64,000 bases of DNA from the IMG/VR virus record IMGVR_UViG_3300003617_000006, one strand, 5' to 3'. The first letter of the stretch is position 1, and each line of letters begins with the position of its first letter. The translations under genes and the position numbers were made by a program. Source of the stretch: an uncultured virus (IMG/VR IMGVR_UViG_3300003617_000006). Its lineage: Duplodnaviria > Heunggongvirae > Uroviricota > Caudoviricetes. Under the pieces are notes generated by a model. It did no database searches. It was not told where the DNA came from and was given only the letters and a program-made list of their open reading frames with translations. Below are positions 1 to 8,976 of this stretch, piece after piece.

Positions 1-355
1 CCCATTAGGTACATATAAAAATAAAGTTATTAACAATACAAATTAGGGATAGTGTATAAAAAAATAGGGATTTTAGACAAATTGTCACCCCATTTATTTG
101 GTTTTTAGAAAAAAAAGACGTAGAGGATGCGGACGGGTCAGACATTTTCCCCCACTTTCTACCACTTGGTGATTATGGTCTATAACTAAAAAAACCCCGA
201 TTTCACGAGGAAAAAGGGGAATTAATTAGGGTTTCATAAGTATAAATAGAAGTAATAAAGTGACTAACTTTTTACGACAAATACATAAGAAAAGTCCTGT
301 TTTTAGTGGTAAAAAGGGGAATAAATCCCTGTTTTACATATAACTTTGTAGTGTA

Positions 356-640
356 TTAATCTGTAGTATCAGTACCTTTAGAAAGGTTAGATAGTTCATT
401 ATTAATAGTATTGTTATTTAGTGTAAGACCTTCTTTCATTTTAAACTTAGAAGGGTTTTCAGTAATTTCTTTGGATAGTAGTTCCATTGATTCATTGATA
501 AGCGTGAGACCCTTTGAAAGTTTCTCTTCAACTGAATCTATTAGGGTAATATCCATATCATCGACATCTATATTTTTATCCAACACTTGAATGACGTAGG
601 TTGATGAAAGTAATTCGTTTGTTAATTGTAGTAAACTCAT
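356..640 (-). CDS. hypothetical protein (94 aa)
   Basis: ORF track; no recognisable motif. Confidence 0.55.
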   Translation of the reverse strand: MSLLQLTNELLSSTYVIQVLDKNIDVDDMDITLIDSVEEKLSKGLTLINESMELLSKEITENPSKFKMKEGLTLNNNTINNELSNLSKGTDTTD

Positions 641-955
641 AATTTAATGTATCTAATTTTATTTTTATACGTTCTAATGTTAATGTATTAATAATCTTTC
701 ATAAGTGAACACTATTATTATATATGTTTATGTTGTCTTAGTTATTTTTACTTATCTAAAGACTGTTATACATATCTTCATTTGTGTTCTTTTGTTTTAT
801 CTTAGAGTCATTGTATCTTATCATCCCCGTGTATGTGTCTCATCCTTTGTTTTAGACACNTTATAGTTCTTTATGATAACTTATACCATTTAACTTTAGA
901 TAAACTCTTATATAAAGATTCTTCTATAAGGAATGTTCACGGATGTGGTAAGTGA

Positions 956-979
956 ATCCCCCTTTGTGAGTGGGGGGAT
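956..979. other. inverted repeat / hairpin in non-coding region
   Basis: ATCCCCC...GGGGGAT stem around a short loop. Confidence 0.5.
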
Positions 980-1131
980 GAGATTACTTCATACGTTAAT
1001 AGTCCTTTGGTTATATTATAAAAACTATAATTGATAAAGACAAGTCCTTTTATTGTGTGGCTAGTTAGAATCCCCTTTATCCCCTTTACTATTAATCTGT
1101 TGTTGCGATATTTATTATAAACAAATATATT

Positions 1132-1263
1132 ATGGGAAGTAAATTCTTTGGAAACAAAAACGACAACAAAAACAATACTAACAAATCGTCTAATAAGATG
1201 AAACAGAATAACAATAAGAAGAACGGTGGGTCAGGTATTAAGAAATCAGGTAGAGGTAAGTAA
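1132..1263 (+). CDS. small basic Asn/Lys/Gly-rich protein (43 aa)
   Basis: hand-translated MGSKFFGNKNDNKNNTNKSSNKMKQNNNKKNGGSGIKKSGRGK; TATTTAT motif at 1109-1115 upstream. Confidence 0.65.
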   Translation: MGSKFFGNKNDNKNNTNKSSNKMKQNNNKKNGGSGIKKSGRGK

Positions 1264-1319
1264 TACTATATCTTTCTTTATGGGGCTAGTTTAAATCCCC
1301 CCTTACCCCCTTTTGTTTA

Positions 1320-1529
1320 TTACCTTACTATCTTAAAGGAAACTATCGTATCACAGTCATTACATACAGTGGTATCTATTCTTCCTCGTATACACGAATC
1401 CTGTTCCCATAATACTATATGGTTTGAACCATCACACTTACACGTAACGACGCCTTTCTCTGTACACGACACAGAACCCCACTTACGCAATTTAATGTCC
1501 TTAATCCACTCCTCTCGTAATAACTCCAT
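1320..1529 (-). CDS. small Cys-rich putative zinc-binding protein
   Basis: CKC and CNDC motifs; own Bacteroidota-type promoter. Confidence 0.65.
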   Translation of the reverse strand: MELLREEWIKDIKLRKWGSVSCTEKGVVTCKCDGSNHIVLWEQDSCIRGRIDTTVCNDCDTIVSFKIVR

Positions 1530-1550
1530 ATATATCTTTTTTGATTACTA

Positions 1551-1582
1551 CAAAGATACAATATTTACTGATACCACACAAA
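1551..1582 (-). promoter_or_regulatory. Bacteroidota primary-sigma promoter (-33 TTTG, -7 TAnnTTTG)
   Basis: minus strand reads TTTG-N20-TATCTTTG, 22 nt before the ATG at 1529. Confidence 0.75.
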
Positions 1583-1624
1583 TCTTTCTTTATGTGGCTG
1601 GTTTAAAATCCCCCGACCCCCTTT

Positions 1625-2200
1625 TTACTTAATTAACCCTGAGAGTCTTTTATAGTTTTCGTAGACCTTAATCACCTCAGCAGTATCAATCTCCGTTTCA
1701 GAGTCCCATGTATCAAAGACCTCATCATTTTGATACTGTCCATCAAAAATGTAAATATCTCCTTCGTAATACATCTGTTCTATACCTCTTTTAGAATACC
1801 CATCGTGAGTATCAGTATAATAGTCTGACTTTCTAGCCGTATATGTCTCTGAACCATTAACCCTAAACTTTTTATACTTAGGAACTTCATATACACTCTC
1901 GTCTCTCTCTTTCTCCAATAACCTGTCGTAATTAAGAATAACGAATTCATAACAGAAATCTTTTAAGTCATCACTATTTAAATTTAAACCAACGTATTTT
2001 ATCTTATCAAGAACATCTTCAATAGTATCGTAATTGTCCTCAAATCTTTCTAATGGTGTAGACTCAAAGTCATACCTTCTTACTTCAAACAAATACCATA
2101 ATAGCACCTTTGTTGTGATTGGAGGTTTCCTACCTGACTCACTATCATTTTCGATAATTAAGTCTTTTAAAATGTTCTTGAATTTAAATGTGTCTGACAT
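1625..2200 (-). CDS. acidic hypothetical protein, paralog of 3825..4442; putative virion-internal protein
   Basis: shares the C-terminal DTWDSE segment; N-terminal LKDLIIEN leader; TATTTAT at 2220-2226. Confidence 0.7.
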   Translation of the reverse strand: MSDTFKFKNILKDLIIENDSESGRKPPITTKVLLWYLFEVRRYDFESTPLERFEDNYDTIEDVLDKIKYVGLNLNSDDLKDFCYEFVILNYDRLLEKERDESVYEVPKYKKFRVNGSETYTARKSDYYTDTHDGYSKRGIEQMYYEGDIYIFDGQYQNDEVFDTWDSETEIDTAEVIKVYENYKRLSGLIK

Positions 2201-2246
2201 TATATTTATGAATATAAAGATAAATATACCATAAAGTTATTTAAAG

Positions 2247-2798
2247 ATGGAAGAAGATAAAGGAATAATCATACAACTACGTAAACTATTTAAATCATTA
2301 ATATTGGATAAGTACAACGCCAATGGTGAAATTAAAGTTATTAACTTCCTTAACGATGAATACTACGATGTTAATAGTGATGATGAATTTCCCACTGTTG
2401 GAGGTATTGAAGTAATCTTTGATTTAGATAGTAAACGTTTATACTCACACCTGACAGAAACTTATGATAAGGAATATTCTGACCTATTCATTATAGGACT
2501 ACATTACGATAAGTTTGATTCTATTCTTAAGTACTTACCTGAACTTCCATTCTATCACGAAATCTATCACAACCATATTAACTTAGACGCTCTTATCGAT
2601 ACCTTCCCTGAAATGATTGATAATATTAATAGTAAATCAACGTCAAAACTTGAAAGTATCGAATTGTTAGACCGTGAACATCTTTCTAAACTTAGGGGAA
2701 CAAACTTTAGTCTGAAGTTACATGCTGAGTCAGGATTGGAAGATTTACACTATATCGCCTCAGGAACATATCCCGACCTATTGTGGGTAATCTCATAG
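2247..2798 (+). CDS. hypothetical protein (183 aa)
   Basis: ORF track; fills a gap with no competing long ORF. Confidence 0.7.
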   Translation: MEEDKGIIIQLRKLFKSLILDKYNANGEIKVINFLNDEYYDVNSDDEFPTVGGIEVIFDLDSKRLYSHLTETYDKEYSDLFIIGLHYDKFDSILKYLPELPFYHEIYHNHINLDALIDTFPEMIDNINSKSTSKLESIELLDREHLSKLRGTNFSLKLHAESGLEDLHYIASGTYPDLLWVIS

Positions 2799-2809
2799 GT
2801 AAGGTATTC

Positions 2810-2935
2810 TTATCCCTTATCAGTGACTTTATCCGTTTCTTTATATTCGTACCACGCAGGATTTGGTAACTCACTGTAGTGGTCCCATAACTCCCTCTGT
2901 ACTATCTCTGTATCATTGTTAGTCTTACTCGACAT
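2810..2935 (-). CDS. small hypothetical protein (41 aa, WDHYSELPNPAWY)
   Basis: hand-translated; fills the gap directly after 2937..3821. Confidence 0.55.
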   Translation of the reverse strand: MSSKTNNDTEIVQRELWDHYSELPNPAWYEYKETDKVTDKG

Positions 2936-2936
2936 A

Positions 2937-3821
2937 CTACTGTTTTCTTTTTGACGTACTACCTCTTCTAATTACCGTTGTGTTTCCTCTCGTCCTCGTA
3001 GGTGTTGACCTAACAGGATTTGTTCTCGTTGGTGTAGTTCTAATAGGTCTAACAGTATTCGTTCTCGTTGGTGTGGTTCTTACCCTCGTATCTCTATTAG
3101 GTGTAGTTCTTACCCTCGTATCTCTATTAGGTGTAGTTCTTACCCTCGTATTATTTGTTCTAGTCGGAGTAACCCTAACAGGTCTTGGGGTGACTGTGTT
3201 GTTAGTCCTAACTCTTCTACCATTTGTAACTCCACCTCTTCTACCATTTGTATTTATGGTTCTATAATATCTTTGACCGTAATAGTTGTTCCATCCGTAA
3301 TAGTTGTTCCATCCATATCCGTTGTAAACATTACCCATCCAATTATTATAACCCCATCTATCGTATCCAAATGGAGACCATCTATGTGGTGTATAACCCC
3401 ATTGATTAAATCTGTTATTCCACATTAGATTATTATTCCAGTGGTTAGGTCCTCCCCAATTCCAATTCCATTGAGAAGCGGCTATAAACCCTGAACTAGG
3501 CCTACAAAAATAAGGAGAGTAACTAAAATCAGTCCAATTGTTTAAGTTGTGAAAACCATGGACTCTACAATGCACCCAATTTCCCGTACTATTCAATCCT
3601 AAATCTTCAGGGTCTAAGTTTTTAAACGTTTCAAAATTTGTAGAGTATACTTTAACAGGATATTGTGGGTTTACCTGTTGGTGTGGTATTGGTTGAGAAT
3701 TAAACCCGATTCTAATTGACCCACACGATGATAACCCTAACAACATTAATCCAATAACTGTAGATTTTATTATAATTGATACTCTTTCTTCGGTACTGAA
3801 TCTGTTTAATAGTCTTCTCAT
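2937..3821 (-). CDS. putative lipoprotein with W/N/G/Y-rich low-complexity region and Arg/Thr/Pro-rich tail
   Basis: hydrophobic stretch plus LSSC lipobox; GWNNYY and TRVRTTPNRD repeats. Confidence 0.75.
   Translation of the reverse strand: MRRLLNRFSTEERVSIIIKSTVIGLMLLGLSSCGSIRIGFNSQPIPHQQVNPQYPVKVYSTNFETFKNLDPEDLGLNSTGNWVHCRVHGFHNLNNWTDFSYSPYFCRPSSGFIAASQWNWNWGGPNHWNNNLMWNNRFNQWGYTPHRWSPFGYDRWGYNNWMGNVYNGYGWNNYYGWNNYYGQRYYRTINTNGRRGGVTNGRRVRTNNTVTPRPVRVTPTRTNNTRVRTTPNRDTRVRTTPNRDTRVRTTPTRTNTVRPIRTTPTRTNPVRSTPTRTRGNTTVIRRGSTSKRKQ
3076..3151. repeat. 30-bp tandem repeat (~2.5 copies) encoding TRVRTTPNRD
   Basis: gttcttaccctcgtatctctattaggtgta repeated; a separate 18-bp duplication lies at 3277-3312. 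Confidence 0.9.
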
Positions 3822-3824
3822 CTC

Positions 3825-4442
3825 TTATTTGTTTTTGTTATTATTTTTTAATAAATCCCTTCTTTTTGTTAATACCTCAATAATCCTGCCCAACTGTTCT
3901 GTGTCGGTCTCGTGCATTATTTGGTTTAAGATATTACTATTGTATTTTATATCCCCCAACTTAGATTCGTTAATCTCCACCTCATCAGTAATTTCCTCAA
4001 TACTATCAATATTCACTTCAGAGTCCCACGTATCTAAAATATCTTTACGGTAAAAATCACCATACTCGTAAATATACAACATATCATCACCAAAAAAGTC
4101 AGTTTGTAATATCTCCTTAGCATATACCTCACTATACGATTCAATATTATACGTATATAAATCAGCAACCGCTTGACTATATCTCTCCTCACCCGACACT
4201 TTATATTTTTTAAGTACAGGTTCCACATATTTGGATGGGTCCGTTTCACCACTTTTAAACAAATCAATGTTTTTATCTATCAACTCAAATAAGTAAGATT
4301 TAATCGGACTATTCACATAGTCAGTTTCAATATACCTCAACTTCTTAAAAGGAAAGTTATTAACCCAATCACCATCAAGGTCTGGCTTAGCGATGTTAAG
4401 TACAAACTTAACTACTACATTTTTATCGAACTTCTTACTCAT
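3825..4442 (-). CDS. acidic hypothetical protein, paralog of 1625..2200
   Basis: KYKVSGEE...DTWDSEVNID aligns with KFRVNGSE...DTWDSETEID; internal EINES motif. Confidence 0.7.
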   Translation of the reverse strand: MSKKFDKNVVVKFVLNIAKPDLDGDWVNNFPFKKLRYIETDYVNSPIKSYLFELIDKNIDLFKSGETDPSKYVEPVLKKYKVSGEERYSQAVADLYTYNIESYSEVYAKEILQTDFFGDDMLYIYEYGDFYRKDILDTWDSEVNIDSIEEITDEVEINESKLGDIKYNSNILNQIMHETDTEQLGRIIEVLTKRRDLLKNNNKNK

Positions 4443-4445
4443 AAC

Positions 4446-4688
4446 TTACTTTTGGTTTTTTGATTTAAATCTATTAGATGGTGAGGTCTTACTATGTTTG
4501 GTCTTTCTACCTTTTACTCTTTCTCTCCATAGTTTGAATGATGATTCTTTTAAATGTGTTCTCATAATCTTACGAACATCATTTTCCTTAATACCGAATT
4601 GGAACTCTATTGCTTCGAAAGGTGTTCTATCCTCCCAAGCCATTTCAATTATTCTATCGATATCTCTAAAATCATCACTATACACCAT
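4446..4688 (-). CDS. TIGR03643 / DUF2805 family protein
   Basis: DRIIEMAWEDRTPFEAIEFQFG...SSFKLWRERVKGRKTKH signature. Confidence 0.9.
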   Translation of the reverse strand: MVYSDDFRDIDRIIEMAWEDRTPFEAIEFQFGIKENDVRKIMRTHLKESSFKLWRERVKGRKTKHSKTSPSNRFKSKNQK

Positions 4689-4703
4689 ATATTAGTAAAT
4701 ATA

Positions 4704-5102
4704 TTAAACCAGACTTTTACGTACGTTCCTCTTTCTAAACCAACTTTTAGTATATAAAGTAACCGTAGTGATAATACCAATACCAATTAAAAAGAATAGT
4801 CCCGTATAGTTGGTACCCGTAAAGAACTCATAAGTCAATAACGTCCATCCCATTATATATCCGAACCATAAGACCAACCATACACCATCAGGTATCCTTT
4901 TAGTCTTCTCCTCAATCTTATCAACCTGCTCATCATGCACCACTCTACTTAACGCATCCTGTAAGTCTTTACCATACGCAGGGATTAAATCAGTCTCACC
5001 ATTGGTGAACTCAATCTTAATTTCATATTTACTCCACCCGTCAAACGTAATACTCTCTTTACGTAACTCCGCATGAATTACTCTCTTCATCGTCCTTTTC
5101 AT
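4704..5102 (-). CDS. membrane protein (2 C-terminal TM helices)
   Basis: ORF track; hydrophobic segments. Confidence 0.7.
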   Translation of the reverse strand: MKRTMKRVIHAELRKESITFDGWSKYEIKIEFTNGETDLIPAYGKDLQDALSRVVHDEQVDKIEEKTKRIPDGVWLVLWFGYIMGWTLLTYEFFTGTNYTGLFFLIGIGIITTVTLYTKSWFRKRNVRKSLV

Positions 5103-5108
5103 ATTCTG

Positions 5109-5327
5109 TTAATATAAATTACTTTTTATAACTTTCTTTACTATCATCTGTGATGTTGGTGATACACCAAACTTTCTTTCCCCATATATTTCATTACAGG
5201 TATTCATCACATACTTCGGGTCATACTCCTGATGTACATCCTCATACATCAATGGATACCATTTTGTTTCGTATCCGTCATCTGAGAAGGTCACCCAAGC
5301 CATCTCTCTAAAAAAATCAATAACCAA
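5109..5327 (-). CDS. hypothetical protein
   Basis: ORF track; overlaps the DHFR stop in operon fashion. Confidence 0.6.
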   Translation of the reverse strand: MVIDFFREMAWVTFSDDGYETKWYPLMYEDVHQEYDPKYVMNTCNEIYGERKFGVSPTSQMIVKKVIKSNLY

Positions 5328-5688
5328 AATAGTAGTTTATTATTTTACAATCAGAACTCAATCCTGTCAAATCAGGAAATGTAACATCACCTATCTGATT
5401 GTCGTTAATATGCGATATGTGAATCTCAGTGAATTGTTTAACATACTTCTCATATGTCTTCTTACCTCCAATACACCAATCACACGTAATATCAAAAACA
5501 TCCCGTTGGTCCACAATAACATCACGACCCTTCAACGTTGGTAATCCTTTATTGGTATTGTAACCAACCAAACACCTACCACCTAAAGTCATTTCCTTAA
5601 AGTGTTTCAAATCTTCTTTGTTATGCCATATCAATTCGTCACCTCTACCAATGAACCCCAAATTGTTAACCGCAACTATCGCCCTCAT
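5317..5688 (-). CDS. folA: dihydrofolate reductase (short form)
   Basis: AIVAV..GFIG...LIW...EDLKHFKEMT, IGG and GDVTFP motifs. Confidence 0.9.
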   Translation of the reverse strand: MRAIVAVNNLGFIGRGDELIWHNKEDLKHFKEMTLGGRCLVGYNTNKGLPTLKGRDVIVDQRDVFDITCDWCIGGKKTYEKYVKQFTEIHISHINDNQIGDVTFPDLTGLSSDCKIINYYFGY

Positions 5689-5689
5689 A

Positions 5690-6148
5690 TTAGAAGTTTC
5701 CCTCGTTGACCTGCATACAGGATAAACCGTTGTCTCTCCACATCTTCACTACCTTATCTCTATCATCAAACACACATAAGATATCTTCTTTGTTAGGGAA
5801 CAAATCGTCCAACCATTTTTTCTTTAAGTCATCATCCGGCATGAACATAAACTCTTTACTGGTAGGTCGCATCTTTAATATATCAAATGGTACATTGAAA
5901 TTATTTAACCATTGTTTAGTGGCGTCTTTAGTCGCTTTACTACGACCTGAAAAGATTACAATTCTATGTCCCGACTCTTTTAATAATCTCGCCATAACAA
6001 TCACAGGAGTATTTGGTAAATCCAAATCAATATTCTTAGGGTCAAAAAAGACATCCCAATCCATCTTACCATTTTCCTTTGTTGATAATTGTCTTCTCTC
6101 CTCGATATCCGCTATCGTACCATCTAAATCAAAAATTACTGTTTTCAT
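5690..6148 (-). CDS. HAD-family acid phosphatase, T4 PseT (Pnkp) 3'-phosphatase-like
   Basis: FDLDGT, FSGR, LKMRP and FDDR..VV.MWR.NG motifs; start moved to MKTVIFD because a promoter sits at 6170-6177. Confidence 0.85.
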   Translation of the reverse strand: MKTVIFDLDGTIADIEERRQLSTKENGKMDWDVFFDPKNIDLDLPNTPVIVMARLLKESGHRIVIFSGRSKATKDATKQWLNNFNVPFDILKMRPTSKEFMFMPDDDLKKKWLDDLFPNKEDILCVFDDRDKVVKMWRDNGLSCMQVNEGNF

Positions 6149-6216
6149 ACTACTTTTTATTGTTCCATACAAATATAACACATATTTTTCACATTATAAA
6201 AAGAAACCTAAAACTT

Positions 6217-7584
6217 TTAATTAATATCCCTCTCAAAATAATATGTATCCACTCCTCGACCAACTATCGTAACCCTTTCACCTAAGTCTTTAATGAACGA
6301 ATCGAATAATCGTTCCCTATCATCTTTAGTATAAAATAAATTTATATAATCCGTTGAAAATATGTTTGAGATGTTTATAAGATTATCACCATTTGTAAGT
6401 TCACTAATTATTGGTCCGTAGTCTTCAATTATATTCGTATGTATGAAACTAATATTTAGTGTTCTAAATTTAGTTAAGTAGTCTTTGAAAGATTTCTCAC
6501 CACCTAAGTATTCATATAACTCTTTAATGTGATTATTTAAATTCTCTGATGGGATTTCACCATTAAATAATGGTTCCACTCTTTTACCTATTAAATTAAT
6601 TTCTTTTGGTCCCTGTTTTATTAATTGAATAATGTCAGTATCTTTACTACCCATTAAATATTCATACCATTCAATACTTCTCACATTATAATCATAGAAT
6701 ACTATCTCTGACTCATCATCAATTAGGTTTGAATGAACCAAATCTAAGAATTTAAATCCAGCACACGGTAAGAATACTTTTTCATATTTCTTACCATTTG
6801 CCTTTTTAAGTATTGTCAATTCTTCAGTATTAAAAATCCACACACCTGGGTTTGGATTTAATACCATATAAAGTAATTGTTTTTTGGTGTAGTCAATATT
6901 ATCCGTACATTCTTTGTTTTGAATTAAACTATAAAACTTATCCGAATTATATTCAGGGTAACAATAAGACTTCATACTACGTATTTCATAGGTAAACGGA
7001 GATACCTCAAACCCCATACTCAATAACCCATTTAACATTGACCACCCATATCTAAGTGGTGAGTCTGAAATATAGTCATCACCACCCTTTTTAACCCATA
7101 TTGGAGTATAATCATCATGAAAGTTATCATCAGAACGCTCAATATTTGTAAGAGTATTATGAATATCACCCTCTAACCCAAATGATGGTCTACCTGATTT
7201 CAACCAATGTTTTGTTCTAATGACCACGAACTGTGGGTGTACTTCATACCACTCATCTTTGCGGTCCAATATATGCCCCATCATAGATAAATTTTCATTC
7301 TCATCGAACTGAGAAATTATTTTATCCATAATATGTTTTGAGTTATAGATACGATTACCCGAAGACATTAAAATTATGAAATCAGATGTACCCGTTAGAG
7401 TCTCTAACCCTTCATCAAACGTATTAGAGTGAGTCACATCATATACATGTAAAGGATTTTGTGACATTCTATTAATATAGAAGTCAGTGAAATCCCTCAT
7501 CTTAATAGATAACTTATCGTTTTTAATCCTATAATTGTGTGAGTGTATTACCGATATCTTATATTTGATACGTTTATGACTCAT
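6217..7584 (-). CDS. hypothetical protein (455 aa), possibly a two-domain transferase
   Basis: long ORF; GHILDR, HDDYTP and IVFYDYN motifs; fold assignment tentative. Confidence 0.7.
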   Translation of the reverse strand: MSHKRIKYKISVIHSHNYRIKNDKLSIKMRDFTDFYINRMSQNPLHVYDVTHSNTFDEGLETLTGTSDFIILMSSGNRIYNSKHIMDKIISQFDENENLSMMGHILDRKDEWYEVHPQFVVIRTKHWLKSGRPSFGLEGDIHNTLTNIERSDDNFHDDYTPIWVKKGGDDYISDSPLRYGWSMLNGLLSMGFEVSPFTYEIRSMKSYCYPEYNSDKFYSLIQNKECTDNIDYTKKQLLYMVLNPNPGVWIFNTEELTILKKANGKKYEKVFLPCAGFKFLDLVHSNLIDDESEIVFYDYNVRSIEWYEYLMGSKDTDIIQLIKQGPKEINLIGKRVEPLFNGEIPSENLNNHIKELYEYLGGEKSFKDYLTKFRTLNISFIHTNIIEDYGPIISELTNGDNLINISNIFSTDYINLFYTKDDRERLFDSFIKDLGERVTIVGRGVDTYYFERDIN

Positions 7585-7680
7585 TAATCCTCCACTGTGT
7601 TTTCACCAATTTTAGATGGGTAACTTATCCAATCATCAACACCGTCCTCTAATATATCTCCGTAGTAGTCATCCATATCC

Positions 7681-7908
7681 TTATCCTAAATTAAAATTTT
7701 CCTCTAACTCAGAAATTAATGTCTTAATCTGCTCTTTGTTTAAAGTGATGTGAGTGAAAAATGGGTCTTGTGACCTCATAGTGATTTGTAACTTCATTCC
7801 TTCCATACCTCCACTGAAACGAGTTAAAGACATTTCCGTATCCTCTAATACCCCTTCACTCTTAGTGTTGAAGAATTGACCCTTAATTGATTTTAGTTCT
7901 GTTGACAT
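7681..7908 (-). CDS. hypothetical protein
   Basis: ORF track; TATCTTTG promoter at 7931-7938. Confidence 0.75.
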   Translation of the reverse strand: MSTELKSIKGQFFNTKSEGVLEDTEMSLTRFSGGMEGMKLQITMRSQDPFFTHITLNKEQIKTLISELEENFNLG

Positions 7909-8011
7909 ACCGTTTATTTTTTGTTCACTACAAAGATAAACAATTTTTTGATTTATGACAACTAATTACCTTAATTTAATTTCAAATCATATCTTGTTTC
8001 ACTATGCTTTC

Positions 8012-8581
8012 CTATAACTTGACCTTTATGTTCTCAGTACCTGGCGATGTTAAATGGATACTACTATCTACTGTTATATTACTTCTATTCTCATCCTGCT
8101 CCCAAAACTCATGTCTTATAACCTGAATTATATCATACGCTTCTCTACATGATTCATCAACATTAGGATTGTGTATTCCCCAACTACCATTCCTACCAAT
8201 TTCAGTGTCATTATATAACATATTTCTTGGTTGAACTAACACATTGTCGACAGAATCTCTAACTGCATGGTATCTCTCATAATCGGTAGTGTACTCAATC
8301 TTATCAATATCTGTCCACTTTTTAACCTCTTCACCATTTCCCCAGCTTCCTTTAGTTTTTATCCATTTATATTTTGGACCAACTTCTACAACTTCACCTC
8401 TCATTGTTCTATCACCCACTTTAAAAGGACCGCTACCTAAAGCAAACTCTTTATGTAAATGTTTTTCAAATGTTGGATGTTCTTTAATTACGTTGAATTG
8501 ACCAATACCAACTCTACTATAAAAATCTAATGCTCGTTGGATTAATCTTAATTGTTCGTTGTTTAATTCTATTGTTGCCAT
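8012..8581 (-). CDS. hypothetical protein
   Basis: ORF track; co-oriented after the kinase. Confidence 0.75.
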   Translation of the reverse strand: MATIELNNEQLRLIQRALDFYSRVGIGQFNVIKEHPTFEKHLHKEFALGSGPFKVGDRTMRGEVVEVGPKYKWIKTKGSWGNGEEVKKWTDIDKIEYTTDYERYHAVRDSVDNVLVQPRNMLYNDTEIGRNGSWGIHNPNVDESCREAYDIIQVIRHEFWEQDENRSNITVDSSIHLTSPGTENIKVKL

Positions 8582-8586
8582 AATTT

Positions 8587-8973
8587 TTATCTTAATTTAA
8601 CGTTAAATCTGTCTTCCATTTTTTGTAAACTTTCTTCTGGTACTCCATGTTCATTTACACCACCATGTCTGTTTTCAACAATTAGTGAATAAACTCTGTA
8701 CCCATACTTTTCTGCAAGTTCAAAATATGGTTTCATTTCCCATTCTTGGGTGAATGTGTTTGAAACTACTATTTTTTCTCCTAAAGCCATTGCTAATTCG
8801 GTATTGGATTGGCACCAATTATGTGCCCTTTTAAGTTTATCCGCATCGAATTTATATTCACCCTCTGAATCTATGAAGTACATATCGGCTTCTAAATGTT
8901 TACCTCCTAATGATTTTGCTAATGTTGATTTACCACTACCTGGTAATCCTCTTAATAAGAATAACTCTTTCAT
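8587..8973 (-). CDS. P-loop (AAA_33) polynucleotide-kinase-like protein
   Basis: LLRGLPGSGKST, EADMYF, VSNTFT and HGVPEE motifs. Confidence 0.85.
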   Translation of the reverse strand: MKELFLLRGLPGSGKSTLAKSLGGKHLEADMYFIDSEGEYKFDADKLKRAHNWCQSNTELAMALGEKIVVSNTFTQEWEMKPYFELAEKYGYRVYSLIVENRHGGVNEHGVPEESLQKMEDRFNVKLR

Positions 8974-8976
8974 AAT

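Larger units (their letters stand above)
1054..1626. repeat. three dispersed ~35-45 bp C-rich direct repeats (1054-1087, 1271-1315, 1583-1626)
   Basis: consensus (tctttctt)tatgtggctagtttaaatccccc..accccctttt; all copies intergenic. Confidence 0.8.

Noticed and set aside
1054..1626. CRISPR array
   Set aside because: Repeats are degenerate and separated by ~180-270 bp containing genes; no cas genes
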